Assembly: GCA_964016885.1 (NCBI GenBank) | Contig: OZ024757.1 | Span: forward strand, 12,152,001 to 12,216,000 | Reading direction: 5' to 3' | DNA: 64,000 nt | DNA from: Eledone cirrhosa | Taxonomy: Eukaryota | Part shown: in pieces, positions 13,564-25,876 of the stretch | Layout of the letters: each line of letters starts with the position of its first letter | Numbering within the stretch: the stretch's first letter is position 1 | Translations under genes and position numbers: made by a program | The notes under the pieces: model-generated | What the model was told of the DNA's origin: nothing | What the model saw: the letters and a program-made list of their open reading frames with translations, nothing else | Databases searched by the model: none

Positions 13564-13803
13564 GTATATATATATGTATATATATATATATGTATATATA
13601 TGTATATATATATGTATATATATATATGTATATATATATATGTATATATATATGTATATATATATATGTATATATATATATGTATATATATGTATGTATA
13701 TATATGTATATATATATGTATATATATATATGTATATATATATGTATATATATGTATATATATATATGTATATATATGTATATATATATATATATGTATA
13801 TAT
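12042..13803. repeat. ~1.76-kb (TA)n/(TATG)n microsatellite
   Basis: Direct reading. Confidence 0.98.
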
Positions 13804-13828
13804 AAAATGGTTAAAAGAGTTCCATGTA

Positions 13829-13895
13829 TTTTATTATGCGCATTTCAAAAACAAATATCATCATGCAATAATATTTGTGTTTTCATCAGATAAAA
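13829..13895 (-). ncRNA. Type I hammerhead ribozyme, family B
   Basis: TTTTAT-CTGATGA-stem II-GAAA-TGCGCA-TA-ATAAAA. Confidence 0.85.
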
Positions 13896-15621
13896 CAGGA
13901 AGACATGATATGAAGGTTAAAAAACACTTGTGGATAGTGCAGTTTTAAATCAACATATGAGAAGTAGTTTTAGATTGATGTGTGATATTGGGAAAAATAT
14001 TTTATCTTGAGGGGGGCTTGGAAAGGAAGAAAAAGAGGAGGAGATGAGATTAAAATGTGGAGAGGGAGGAGTATAATGAGGAAGGATGAGATAGGAGGAG
14101 AGATGGGTGATAGAGAGTGAGAGATAGCTTTTATAACTGAGAAAGATATATTGTTTTAAATCAAGAAACTATTATTCCTATCGCAAATAACTTCTCCAAT
14201 CCAATTCCTTCTATAGATAACACTAGGTCACTCGTTAATAATCTCTCTAATCGCAATTGCAATTGCCCTGTTAAAAATGTCCTCTCAACAACCATTGTCT
14301 TGATAAAAACTTAATTTACGAATGTATAGTTATAACTGACACCAATTCCTTCACCTATTTTGGCTCCACTTCTACCTCTTTTAAAGCTCGTCTTTATAAC
14401 CATCATTCGTCTTTTAAATACAAACTTAAAAGAATCAACACGGCTCTCTCAGTACTCATATGGTCCTTGAAAGACAAAAATATTAAATATAGCATCTTTT
14501 GGAAGAAGGTTTCACCTGCGTCTCCATACTTGAACAGTTCTCTATCCAAAATTTGCAATCTCTGTCTAAATAAAAAATTTACCATTATATCTAATTTAGA
14601 TTCTATAATAAATAGACGCACTGACTTGTTTTCTATCTGCTTGCATAAATTCCACAAAACATTCCACAAAGTATACAGCTAATATCCAAATCTCTATCAA
14701 TTTAGAATTTTTTTCTCAAAGGCACATATATATATATAGACTTCTTTAAAAATATACCCATCTTTCTATTTTATTTCAAAGGTTATTATACATTCTATAA
14801 TACTTATTACTCATTCTATATCGCTCCTATTTATCACTCCCTATCTTCTCTTTTTCTTTTAATGTCTAACCCCTAATCTGTACCTTTTCTCACTGTTGTC
14901 TAACATAGAATCAATTATTACATAATACAATACATTCTTACTCTATATCACCTTGTAAAAATCCTTCGTAAACAAACATTTTTTTGACGTTAGATTATTC
15001 ATCCTCAATACATTATCCTTTTCTCCCTTTCATCTAACTCATTCATGCTCATCTCACAATATATCCTTACTTAAATTACCTGTTGTTCTTTTTAATAATA
15101 CATATCAATATTTTCTTTCCATCGCACATATTATTAAACCCTAAATATCATTCTTAATACATATTAAATTTTTCTTTCCATCGCACATGTTATTAAACCC
15201 TTAAATATTATTCTTAATACATATTAACATTTTCTTTTCATCGCACATATTATTAAACCCCTCAATATACAAACCTTAACTTTACATTATTTTTCTCTTC
15301 GTTAATTTTCAAATTCTTTTAATTTTTACATTATCTTCCAACGGTTTTCAACCTCTCTATGTAAAACAATATATCTTTCTCAGTTATAAAAGCTATCTCT
15401 CTCTCTCTATCACCCATCTCTCCTCCTATCTCATCCTTCCTCATTATACTTCTCCCTCTCCACTTTTTACTCTCATCAACTCCTCTTTCTCATCCTCCCC
15501 CCCCCCTCAAAATAAAATATGTTTCCCAATGTCACACATCAATCTAAAACTACTTCTCATATGTTGAATTAAAACTGTACTATCGACAGGTGTTTTGTAA
15601 CCTTCATATTACGTCTTCCTG

Positions 15622-15689
15622 TTTTATCTGATGAAAACACAAATATTATTGCATGATGGTATTTGGTTTTTGATATGCGCATAATAAAA
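15622..15689 (+). ncRNA. Hammerhead family B, core-mutated (GAAA to GATA)
   Basis: Same fold as 13829-13895 with GATA at 15672-15675. Confidence 0.7.
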
Positions 15690-15834
15690 TACATGGAACT
15701 GTTTTCACCATCTTTTGTTCTTATATATTATGTATACTCCAGTCCTACAAACAGTAGAGTGCTTCTTATCCGATATCTGCATTGCTTTATTGTACTACAA
15801 TAAAACTCACCTCCTACATATATGTATATATATG

Positions 15835-15867
<33 letters not shown>

Positions 15868-15912
15868 GTATATATATATATGTATATATATATACGTATA
15901 TATATATATATG

Positions 15913-15999
<87 letters not shown>

Positions 16000-16001
16000 G
16001 T

Positions 16002-17415
16002 ATATTGTTATACTTTGGGAGGGTCATGTTGCCAATAAGAAACACACGCACCACTTGCTTTCACTTCAATTTATTATATATTTATAAATTTACAAATTTA
16101 TAAATTTATGGTTGGTTGGTTGGTTCCAACCAGATAGTTGTTTATATATAGTCATAGTTCTTTCGTCACACCCTCTGTGACCTCTTCAGTGACTGGGGAT
16201 TCCTTTCTTTGTTTCTGTGCCTCTCCTTTGTTCTGTCCTACGCCATTTTGATTCTGTGTGTGTGTTGTGCGCTCAGTCTGCGCATGCGCCACATCCGGGT
16301 GTCTGTGTGTGTTTATGTTCATTTATCTATTTGTTTATTTACATGTTACTGGTTGGTTGTTTGTTCCATGTGTGTGTTTTCATTTTGTCATTAATTGTAA
16401 GTTGTGATGTTGCTGTTCCACTCATATTTTCTATTTAATTTTGGTTGTAATTCTTTTATGTTTATTGCCTCTGTAATTTGTCTAAACATTGCGTCTTTTC
16501 TGTGTGTAGATTCTATTTTTATTTCTATGTTCTCTAATTTACCCTTGTGTTCTATCTTAGCATGTTGGTAGAGTACAGATGATTCTTTATTATCTTGAAG
16601 GTCTCGCCAGTGTTCATTTAGCCGTTCCCCTACACTACGAGCTGTCTCACCTATGTACACTATATTTTTGTCTCTACATTGTCCTTCAGTACATCTTATG
16701 CTATACACTACATTTCTAGTTTTACAGTTAATATGGGGGCTTATTTTACAGGTTACACATTTCTTATCTATACATGAGGGTCTTTGAAAAGGGTATGTCT
16801 TGCTAATAAGTGTTTTTACGGAGGTATCTGGTCTTTCTACTATCTTAATATTGAGTTTATGTTTATTTAGGGCCCTTCTAAATTTGTAAGCTAGTTCACC
16901 GCTAGGGGTTGTATCGATGAACATTACACTCTGGTATTTATTGCTATCATACCATGAGTTTATTCTATTAGCCTTGTTCCTAGTTCTTTCTATTCTATTC
17001 CAAAATTTGCTCCTATACAAGTTGCAGGTCCCATTTATGTCATTATTTACCATTTTTTCCCATTTGGTTCTGGCTCCTCTATACACTCTGATTCTATCTC
17101 TCTGATTGTAGCCAGAGAACTGCATACGGTGGATGAAGTGTTGTATGTGTCTCTCTAGTTCTTCGGGGTTGCACATGCGGGACACATTTCTCATCACCCG
17201 CATCAATTCCGCAATCAGTATGTTGATTTTGGTATGGTCCGAAATGGCCGAGTTTCGGTGGATCAGATGTTTGGAAGTCATGGGTTTGGCATAATGGGAA
17301 TGGAGGATTTGTTTTTTGTTGTTAATGGTATCTAACCAGAGCTCTGTGTCTAGTACAGGTAATCGATTGTTGGGGTGTTTACTTGGGTAGTCTATAGTAA
17401 CTCTAATGCTCTGGT
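16002..17415 (-). mobile_element. PLE family A (Nematis-like) 3' part: RT thumb, GIY-YIG, pLTR
   Basis: ORF 16391-17281: CVTC...NCKTRNVVYSIRC...VYIGETARSVGERLNEH...RQITEAINI. Confidence 0.88.
16150..16194 (-). ncRNA. Type I hammerhead ribozyme, family A
   Basis: AGTCA-CTGAAGA-G-GTCACA GAGGG TGTGAC-GAAA-GAAC-TA-TGACT. Confidence 0.85.
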
Positions 17416-19279
17416 TTACACCAATACCATCAACACCGACGTTAGAAGATTATAACTCACCAAAACACAAGCAGATAGGCTAAAACGAACATTAATTCTA
17501 AACATAAAAAAGAAGATCTATAGAGAATTAAGTCATTAAGAAAAACATAAGCGTAACCTAATACAAGAAATAGCTAGGATCACCACACCAAGAGAGAAAC
17601 TAATATTTATAAGCCTTATACGCCCTGAAGAACAGTACATTACTCAAGAATGTGATAAGCACTTTAACAAGAAACTAAAGTGGCTTAAGCAGATAAAGCT
17701 AAATCAGGATACTATAGAGAATACCAATAGATATCCCGACAAAATTGACGGTATAAATATGGCCGACACCTCATTAACATAAGAGTTCAACAACAACAAC
17801 ACAAATATATATGGTAACGCAAGAATAGATAATGACGAAATGTTTGTGTTATGTTTACCCCCGAAATTTGCGACATTCAAGAAGGTAAATATGATTAGTT
17901 GTCTGTCAGAAATAGAAAAATCATTTACAAAACTACGCTGGAGCATCAAAAACAAAAACAAAAACAAAAGCAACAATATACGAACACACATATACAACAC
18001 ACATCCCAACAACAACAGACACACAGACACAAACAACAATAACAACAACACACACATCAACAACAACAACAATAACAACATACCCAGAAACAACAACAAC
18101 AGACACGCAGACACAAACAACAATAACAACACACACAACAACAATAACACACACGGAGACAACAACAACACACATCAACAACAGCACACATCAACAACAA
18201 CAACACACACGCATTCAATGCCTCTCACCACCACCACAATCTTAACAAACACACAGACACAGAAAACAAGTAATGACAGTAGCACAGAAATCACAGAAAT
18301 AAGGGAAAGTAATAGGATTAAAAGGAGAAGGGAGACTAAGGACAAAGAGAATAACCAAGACGAACACAGAGACACACAAAATAGGGTAGATAACAACAAT
18401 GAGCCAGTGGAAAGAGACAGGAGTAATTACGAGAGACATAGAAACAACCATGAGGCTGTTGGTGGAAATAGAAATAGAAACAACACAATTAACAATAACA
18501 ATAGCACTAGTACACATAAAGCAGCAGCCTGGAACTCTCCGTTTTATAATCCCTCCGATAAATCATTCGACCTGCGACGAGTCCACGCCACGACTTTACC
18601 ATTTAACAAACGCACGCAATTGCCGTCGCAGGTCGATGAACAAACAGAAGCACAATTTAGTATAGCTAGATCCGAACTTAGAAATATTATAGAACAGTAT
18701 AACAAGAAGCATTATAGAATGGAGGCCCAGCAACTGGGAGAAAAATCTGTAAATGGCTTGCGTAAGCTCATGCAGCGCTCACGTAATGGAGAGATAGCAT
18801 GCTTTCCAACAGACAAGTCTGGCAGAATGTCGGTTGACAGCCTGCCAAACTACATCCAGGCAATCCAACCCCACATCACTAACACAAGAGAGGTAACACC
18901 ACAGAAGCATGAGGATAGAGAAAAAGCCCTCAATGCCCATATGCTGATGTGGACGAATATAATGCAGCCCAACAAAAGGACTGCCAACGACTTCCAGGCC
19001 TGGAACAATGACGTGCCGGCGTTGTATGGGCTTCGAAAAGACCATAAAACGGGCTGTGACCCTGTCGCGGGACCACCAACACGGCCAGTCTGTGGAGCTA
19101 ACATTGCTAGTAACTACAGACTGTCCTACTTCCTCTCCCTGATCATACGCCTCATCATTGAAATGTCCCCAGATGTATGTGACAGCACGGAGGACCTCCT
19201 CAGCAGAATCAGCGTGAGTAACCGATCTGGGGACCTAACAAACTGCATAATAGGCAGTATGGATGTTGTGTCCCTGTAT
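17416..19279 (+). mobile_element. PLE N-terminal/RT 5' half (probably family A), ending at RT motif A
   Basis: ORF 17840-: LPPKFA, PTDKSGRM, LYGLRKDHK, RPVCGA, GSMDVVSLY, then (TA)n; the same frame continues upstream with stops. Confidence 0.8.
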
Positions 19280-19336
19280 ATATACTTACATATATATATA
19301 CTTATATATATACATATATATATATATAGGTTGTAA

Positions 19337-19445
19337 TATAATGAAACGAAATTTCATTTCTCACTCTTAGTACGGCACTTACTTAAATGTAAGTATGTAT
19401 GTATACGTACATACATATATGTATACAGACGTACAGTAGCATGCA
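19337..19445 (-). mobile_element. Family R fragment (left half of an R unit split by PLE-D)
   Basis: Reverse complement of about 59748-59860. Confidence 0.8.
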
Positions 19446-19581
19446 TATATATATATATATATTAATAAGAGGAATTCCAACTTTGTCTGATTTACTCGTT
19501 TTATTTACAATCCTTTAAAATATATATAATATGGTATTATAATGAAATAGTATGATAGTATATTAAATTCTAAGTGTTAAT

Positions 19582-19620
19582 TGAACAAGTACTTTCATGC
19601 TTTCGCAATCTTCAGGTTCA
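19582..19620 (-). ncRNA. Type I hammerhead ribozyme, family D
   Basis: TGAAC-CTGAAGA-T TGC GAAA GCA T-GAAA-GTAC-TT-GTTCA. Confidence 0.85.
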
Positions 19621-19926
19621 TGATATGTGGTGACAGTCGAGTTTGCAATTTTCAACTGTAATGAGATGGGTAAATTTACTACCTTTTATACATTTTATAC
19701 AGAGAAAAGTGGCTCCAGAATGCAAAGCCCTGTAAACTGTATTTCGACCAATCAGTGTGTAGTTTCACTGAATTACTACAGCTGATTGGTTTAAGCGTCA
19801 CGGCTGGTTGAGCATGCTAACGTCCAATAGTCATACCCAACGTATCAATTGTTTTGCTTTTTGAAATGATGAAAATAGCATTTTCTATTAATCATCACCA
19901 TCAACATCACTTTTATTATTATTATT

Positions 19927-19989
<63 letters not shown>

Positions 19990-20036
19990 AGTGGTCGTGA
20001 TCATAGTGGTAGTAGAAGTAATACCCCTAGGCGTTA

Positions 20037-21944
20037 TTATTGTTCATTTAGCTTGGGTTTGAATTTATCAATAAAATTCTTTTCTTTGATTTTTCTCTTG
20101 ATTTCACTTGGGCTGTGTAATTTGTAGAATGGGAATATTATAAATATTCCCTGACCACATGTTGCCAGGTGGCCGCTTAGGTGTATCTGACGGACATTTG
20201 GGTCTCTGATTTGTTGACGGTGTACCCGTGCACGTTCCGATAGTGCATTTCCAGTTTGACCGACATATAGTTCTTCACAATTCGGGCATTTAATGCAGTA
20301 AATTAGATTTCTGCTTTTGCAGTTCATATTTGCATTTGGGAATATTTTTCCAGTTTTTGTTTTCATATATTGACCGGCGTGTATGGATTGACATGTGCCG
20401 CATCGATTATCATTGCATTTAGATACAGTGAATGATTGGTCTTTGTTGTTAAGGTCAAACTTTGCTTTTGTTAGCAATTGCTTCAAATTTTTTGGCTGTC
20501 TTTTACTAAGAGTCAAAGATCGATCTGTGATTAAGCCTTTTAATTCATTACTTTGAGCAATGATCGGTAGGTTTGCTTTGGCAGTGTTGAATATATTCTG
20601 GTGACATGGGTTGTGTGTCATTATAAATGGTATGACCAGTTCTTGGTTTCTTCTTCCTTGGGTTGTTCTAAGTTGTTGTATAGGTATTTTTATAGCCCGC
20701 TGTATGCCATTTTCTATAAGTAGAGATGGGTATTTTTGTTTGAGCAAAAATTCTCTTAGTTCTGTTAGGCGTTTGTACCTGGTATTCGTCTCTTCTACAA
20801 TGGTACAAATTCTTCTGGCTAGGCAGTATGGGATGTTGCGTTTTGTATGAGGTGGATGGCACGACTTAAAATTCAGATATTGATGGGTGTCTGTGTGTTT
20901 ATAATATATATCCGTGGTAATGGTGGTGTCGTTTTTGATTATCATTATATCTAGGAATGGTAATTTGGTCCTACTCATCTCTTTTGTGAATTGGAGAGAT
21001 GGGTGTAGGTTATTCAGGAGGATATTGAACTCATCCAGAGTATCTAGAGATTCTGTCCAGATGATGAAACAGTCGCCAAGGTATCTCTTCCAAGATTTTT
21101 CAATGTATTTTCTAAAGTCAGTACTATATTTTTCCTCTATTTCTTGGTAGAGTTGTTCTAAGTATCCCATTACAGAGTTCGCGTAAACGGGAGCAAACTT
21201 CGTTCCCATCGCTGTGCCTCTAATTTGGATGTAATTCTTTCCATTGAAGAAGAAAGTGTTGTTTTCCAGAATAAGTTTAACTGCGTCTAATATAAATGGC
21301 GCTGTGAATCTAATGGGAATCACTTCTCTATGTTTTTCCACCCAGTATTTAACCGCCTTTATTCCTAAATCATGTGTAATGTTGGTGTAAAGGCTTACCA
21401 CATCAAAACTGAGTAGAAGTGAATTCGTTTCCGTGGTTTTGGGAAGATGGGACAGGAAGTCGATATCATCCCGGATGAAACTGGGTATGTGAATACATAG
21501 TGGTTTCAAAATAATGTCAACAAAATTGCTTAGACGGTGAGTGGGGCATGTTGGACCAGCTATAATAGGTCTAAGTTTTAAGTCTTTTGGGTGTAATAAT
21601 TTAATGTACTCACTGTTTTGTTCTCTTACTGCCAGTTGTATTTCTTTTGACTTGTGAACTTTCGGTAGGCCATACAGGTTGCTGGGTTTCGGCTCAAAAT
21701 TGGTGATGTAGTCTCTTTCCTTATCAGTAAATGAGTTGTGGTATTTTGAAGCCAGGTTGTTGATCTTCTTCATGATGTTGTGGTCTATATTTGACGGTAT
21801 TTCATGATAGAATGTTGTGTCTTTCAGTTGTTCCTCAACCAAATCCTTGTAGTATTCAGTATCCATTATAACAACTGCACCCCCTTTATCTGCTTGTTTA
21901 ATTATTATTGTTTTATCATTTTGTATACGTTTAAGTGCAGACAT
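20037..21944 (-). CDS. PLE reverse transcriptase + GIY-YIG endonuclease (catalytic YLDD mutated to YLGD in this copy; upstream part frameshifted)
   Basis: 635-aa ORF; the inverted copy at ~23878 retains TAC CTT GAC GAC (YLDD). Confidence 0.85.
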   Translation of the reverse strand: MSALKRIQNDKTIIIKQADKGGAVVIMDTEYYKDLVEEQLKDTTFYHEIPSNIDHNIMKKINNLASKYHNSFTDKERDYITNFEPKPSNLYGLPKVHKSKEIQLAVREQNSEYIKLLHPKDLKLRPIIAGPTCPTHRLSNFVDIILKPLCIHIPSFIRDDIDFLSHLPKTTETNSLLLSFDVVSLYTNITHDLGIKAVKYWVEKHREVIPIRFTAPFILDAVKLILENNTFFFNGKNYIQIRGTAMGTKFAPVYANSVMGYLEQLYQEIEEKYSTDFRKYIEKSWKRYLGDCFIIWTESLDTLDEFNILLNNLHPSLQFTKEMSRTKLPFLDIMIIKNDTTITTDIYYKHTDTHQYLNFKSCHPPHTKRNIPYCLARRICTIVEETNTRYKRLTELREFLLKQKYPSLLIENGIQRAIKIPIQQLRTTQGRRNQELVIPFIMTHNPCHQNIFNTAKANLPIIAQSNELKGLITDRSLTLSKRQPKNLKQLLTKAKFDLNNKDQSFTVSKCNDNRCGTCQSIHAGQYMKTKTGKIFPNANMNCKSRNLIYCIKCPNCEELYVGQTGNALSERARVHRQQIRDPNVRQIHLSGHLATCGQGIFIIFPFYKLHSPSEIKRKIKEKNFIDKFKPKLNEQ

Positions 21945-22908
21945 TTCTGATTTGTTAATGTTTGGCCTAACATTAGTATTATGTCTAAGAAGAAATTTAG
22001 ACAGGATGTCAATGTATTGGTCGAGATAAATATTTCTTCCTTTTGGCGGAGTGAAATTTGATTTATTCTTTACTAGTGATTCATCACTCTCATTATTTTT
22101 ATCAGCGAAGAATTCTACAAGACGTAATTTTCAACAGAATTCTTGGGTATCCTCCTTCAGTTCTTGGTGGTTGACTGTTGGAGTCGGTGTGAATTTCAGT
22201 CCTTTTGACAGAATTTGCATTTCATCATTGTCAAGATCTCTTTTAGATAAATTAATTATTTTAGGATCTACGTGTACAGCTGTTTTGGGTATGTTTCCTC
22301 CTGGAGTTTTTCTTTTTCCGGTTTTTGTTGTCCTGACGTTAAAAAATGAATTTTTCTCTGTTCAGGATTTATATTCCTGTTGGTGTTCGCTTGATGAACT
22401 TTTGGTCGTGATATTATATTTGGTTTCGTTATGTATTTTGTCCTATTTTTGGTATTCTGTATATTATTTTTCTCCCTGTTAGCATTATTTTTAACAATCT
22501 GGGAAAATGACCTAGGTTTGCTTTCAGGTTTAGATCGTTTTTTCGTCCAGTTTCTTGTGGGCAATCTCTGTTGAGATCTTGAGAGTGATCTGGTTATTCT
22601 ACGTTTTGTTTCCACATTCCTTGTTGGTAGTCTCTGTTGAGATCTTGAGAATGATCTCCTGGTTGTACTACTTCTCATGGTCTGGTCAAAGGAATACCTA
22701 TCGTGTTTGTGCTTTTTGTTCATGTTGTGTGCGATAGGGTGTTTTTTGTAGAAAAAGCGAAGACTTATTACCGTAGTTCTTCTTTGATTCAAGGTAAGGT
22801 GAGTGTTTGTGTTGGTACGTGTTCTGGCGTATGTTGTGTTGATGAGATTGTCCACTTTTAATGCTTTTTCTCAGGGTTCCAGAGTCTTTACCGTAATTTG
22901 CAGCATAT

Positions 22909-23613
22909 TCATCGAGAAATAATTGTTTCTGCTGCCATACCTTTCTTGATTTGTTTTCTTCTTTTGAGATATCTCCGATCCATAGTTCTCGTAGTTTTTC
23001 TAATACCAGTCGTTAGCTTTGAAATTTCAACTTCAATTTGGTCATCAATAGCTTCATATTTGGCTTTGTAGCGGGATTGTTTACATTCAGAAATGGAGAT
23101 GACGGTCCTGAATTTTGTCAATGTAAGTTCCCATCGGAGTTTTGTTTCTTCTTCTGGTTCTCCTGCAATTTCTGTAATTAGGTATTTACGAGGGAGTATG
23201 GGTGCCGTTAGAGAGAGCCATTTCGAATGTGTTTCGACATATTTTTCGCATCTGTATGCTTTCCAGAAATTTTGTTTTCTTATGTTAAGGAATTTTTTCC
23301 ATGTCTTCCACATTTCTTTTCTTATTCGATGTGTTTTGTTTTCCAAATTTCTTTCGTTTATTTCTGACATCCAAGGGGGTTGTGGTAGGCTTTCTCTTGT
23401 ATCTTTGATAGCTGTTGGTACAATTTCAGCTAAATTCTTAATTTCAGAGTTTATATGTTCAGTTATAAGTTTTCCGTCTGTAGATTGTTTTTCTATTTCC
23501 TTTAAAATAGAGGATTGTGTGTCCATCATCGTGATAAGTGTTGATAATTTCGATGATATCTCCTTTAGAATTCTTTCTGATTCTGTTGGTTTCATTTGTT
23601 GCTTTCCAGACAT
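22909..23613 (-). CDS. Upstream helical/coiled-coil ORF of PLE-D (N-terminal extension or ORF1)
   Basis: ATG right after the 5' pLTR; 234 aa, heptad-like ILKEISSKLSTLITMMDTQSSILKEIEK. Confidence 0.5.
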   Translation of the reverse strand: MSGKQQMKPTESERILKEISSKLSTLITMMDTQSSILKEIEKQSTDGKLITEHINSEIKNLAEIVPTAIKDTRESLPQPPWMSEINERNLENKTHRIRKEMWKTWKKFLNIRKQNFWKAYRCEKYVETHSKWLSLTAPILPRKYLITEIAGEPEEETKLRWELTLTKFRTVISISECKQSRYKAKYEAIDDQIEVEISKLTTGIRKTTRTMDRRYLKRRKQIKKGMAAETIISR

Positions 23614-25090
23614 GTTGGCATATACACAATAGGAATATATATATAGATATAGATAGGTAAATATACACGGGTGTGTATGATTGTGTATAGAAGATTATAT
23701 TAATAAGAGGAATTCCAACTTTGTCTGATTTACTCGTTTTATTTACAATCCTTTAAAATATATATAATATGGTATTATAATGAAATAGTATGATAGAATA
23801 TTAAATTCTAAGTGTTAATTGAACAAGTACTTTCATGCTTTCGCATTTAGAAGTACATTGAAAAATCTTGGAAGAGATACCTTGACGACTGTTTCATCAT
23901 CTGGACAGAATCTCTAGATACTCTGGATGAGTTCAATATCCTCCTGAATAACCTACACCCATCTCTCCAATTCACAAAAGAGATGAGTAGGACCAAATTA
24001 CCATTCCTAGATATAATGATAATCAAAAACGACACCACCATTACCACGGATATATATTATAAACACACAGACACCCATCAATATCTGAATTTTAAGTCGT
24101 GCCATCCACCTCATACAAAACGCAACATCCCATACTGCCTAGCCAGAAGAATTTGTACCATTGTAGAAGAGACGAATACCAGGTACAAACGCCTAACAGA
24201 ACTAAGAGAATTTTTGCTCAAACAAAAATACCCATCTCTACTTATAGAAAATGGCATACAGCGGGCTATAAAAATACCTATACAACAACTTAGAACAACC
24301 CAAGGAAGAAGAAACCAAGAACTGGTCATACCATTTATAATGACACACAACCCATGTCACCAGAATATATTCAACACTGCCAAAGCAAACCTACCGATCA
24401 TTGCTCAAAGTAATGAATTAAAAAGCTTAATCACAGATCGATCTTTGACTCTTAGTAAAAGACAGCCAAAAAATTTGAAGCAATTGCTAACAAAAGCAAA
24501 GTTTGACCTTAACAACAAAGACCAATCATTCACTGTATCTAAATGCAATGATAATCGATGCGGCACATGTCAATCCATACACGCCGGTCAATATATGAAA
24601 ACAAAAACTGGAAAAATATTCCCAAATGCAAATATGAACTGCAAAAGCAGAAATCTAATTTACTGCATTAAATGCCCGAATTGTGAAGAACTATATGTCG
24701 GTCAAACTGGAAATGCACTATCGGAACGTGCACGGGTACACCGTCAACAAATCAGAGACCCAAATGTCCGTCAGATACCCCTAAGCGGCCACCTGGCAAC
24801 ATGTGGTCAGGGAATATTTATAATATTCCCATTCTACAAATTACACAGCCCAAGTGAAATCAAGAGAAAAATCAAAGAAAAGAATTTTATTGATAAATTC
24901 AAACCCAAGCTAAATGAACAATAATAACGCCTAGGGGTATTACTTCTACTACCACTATGACCACGACCACTAACAACAACAATAACAACAATAATAATAA
25001 TAATAAAAGTGATGTTGATGGTGATGATTAATAGAAAATGCTATTTTCATCATTTCAAAAAGCAAAACAATTGATACGTTGGGTATGACT

Positions 25091-25236
25091 ATTGGACGTT
25101 AGCATGCTCAACCAGCCGTGACGCTTAAACCAATCAGCTGTAGTAATTCAGTGAAACTACACACTGATTGGTCGCAATACAGTTTACAGGGCTTTGCATT
25201 CTGGAGCCACTTTTCTCTGTATAAAATGTATAAAAG
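25091..25236 (+). promoter_or_regulatory. Putative Pol II promoter in PLE-D pLTR (three CCAAT boxes, two TATAAAA) upstream of the HHR
   Basis: ATTGG 25091, CCAAT 25130, ATTGG 25167, TATAAAA 25220 and 25229. Confidence 0.45.
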
Positions 25237-25298
25237 GTAGTAAATTTACCCATCTCATTACAGTTGAAAATTGCAAACTCGACTGTCACCACATATCA

Positions 25299-25337
25299 TG
25301 AACCTGAAGATTGCGAAAGCATGAAAGTACTTGTTCA
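25299..25337 (+). ncRNA. Type I hammerhead ribozyme, family D
   Basis: TGAAC CTGAAGA TTGCGAAAGCAT GAAA GTAC TT GTTCA. Confidence 0.85.
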
Positions 25338-25509
25338 ATTAACACTTAGAATTTAATATACTATCATACTATTTCATTATAATACCATATTATATATATT
25401 TTAAAGGATTGTAAATAAAACGAGTAAATCAGACAAAGTTGGAATTCCTCTTATTAATATAATCTTCTATACACAATCATACACACCCGTGTATATTTAC
25501 CTATCTATA

Positions 25510-25770
<261 letters not shown>

Positions 25771-25811
25771 GATATTAAACAAATGGAAACTATATTTATA
25801 AAACCATATTT

Positions 25812-25876
25812 ATTCCATTATACATATTTCTGGGGATACCATATTAAAAATATGGCATGCCTTCTTCAGATATAAT
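25812..25876 (-). ncRNA. Hammerhead family C
   Basis: ATTATAT-CTGAAGA-long stem II-GAAA-TATGTA-TA-ATGGAAT; stem I imperfect. Confidence 0.65.

Larger units (their letters stand above)
13804..15819 (+). mobile_element. PLE family B (Hydra-clade-like), 5'-truncated copy: inverted pLTR (13804-14158, -) plus GIY-YIG remnant, 3'UTR and pLTR (+)
   Basis: NCNCP...CPLNNHCLDKNLIYEC...YFGST; matches 51454-53117; arms are reverse complements. Confidence 0.85.
19459..23845 (-). mobile_element. PLE family D (Neptune-like), near full length with 5' partial and 3' pLTR
   Basis: ORF 20037-21944 (FDVVSLYTNI, GTAMGTKFAP, RYLGDCF, Cys linker, LIY...YVGQT); 23700-23845 repeats 19460-19607. Confidence 0.92.

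Noticed and set aside
12018-13948. Long Ile/Tyr/Met/Cys-rich ORFs here and in all other (TA)n tracts (up to 619 aa)
   Set aside because: Translations of stop-free (TA)n/(TATG)n microsatellites, open in many frames on both strands
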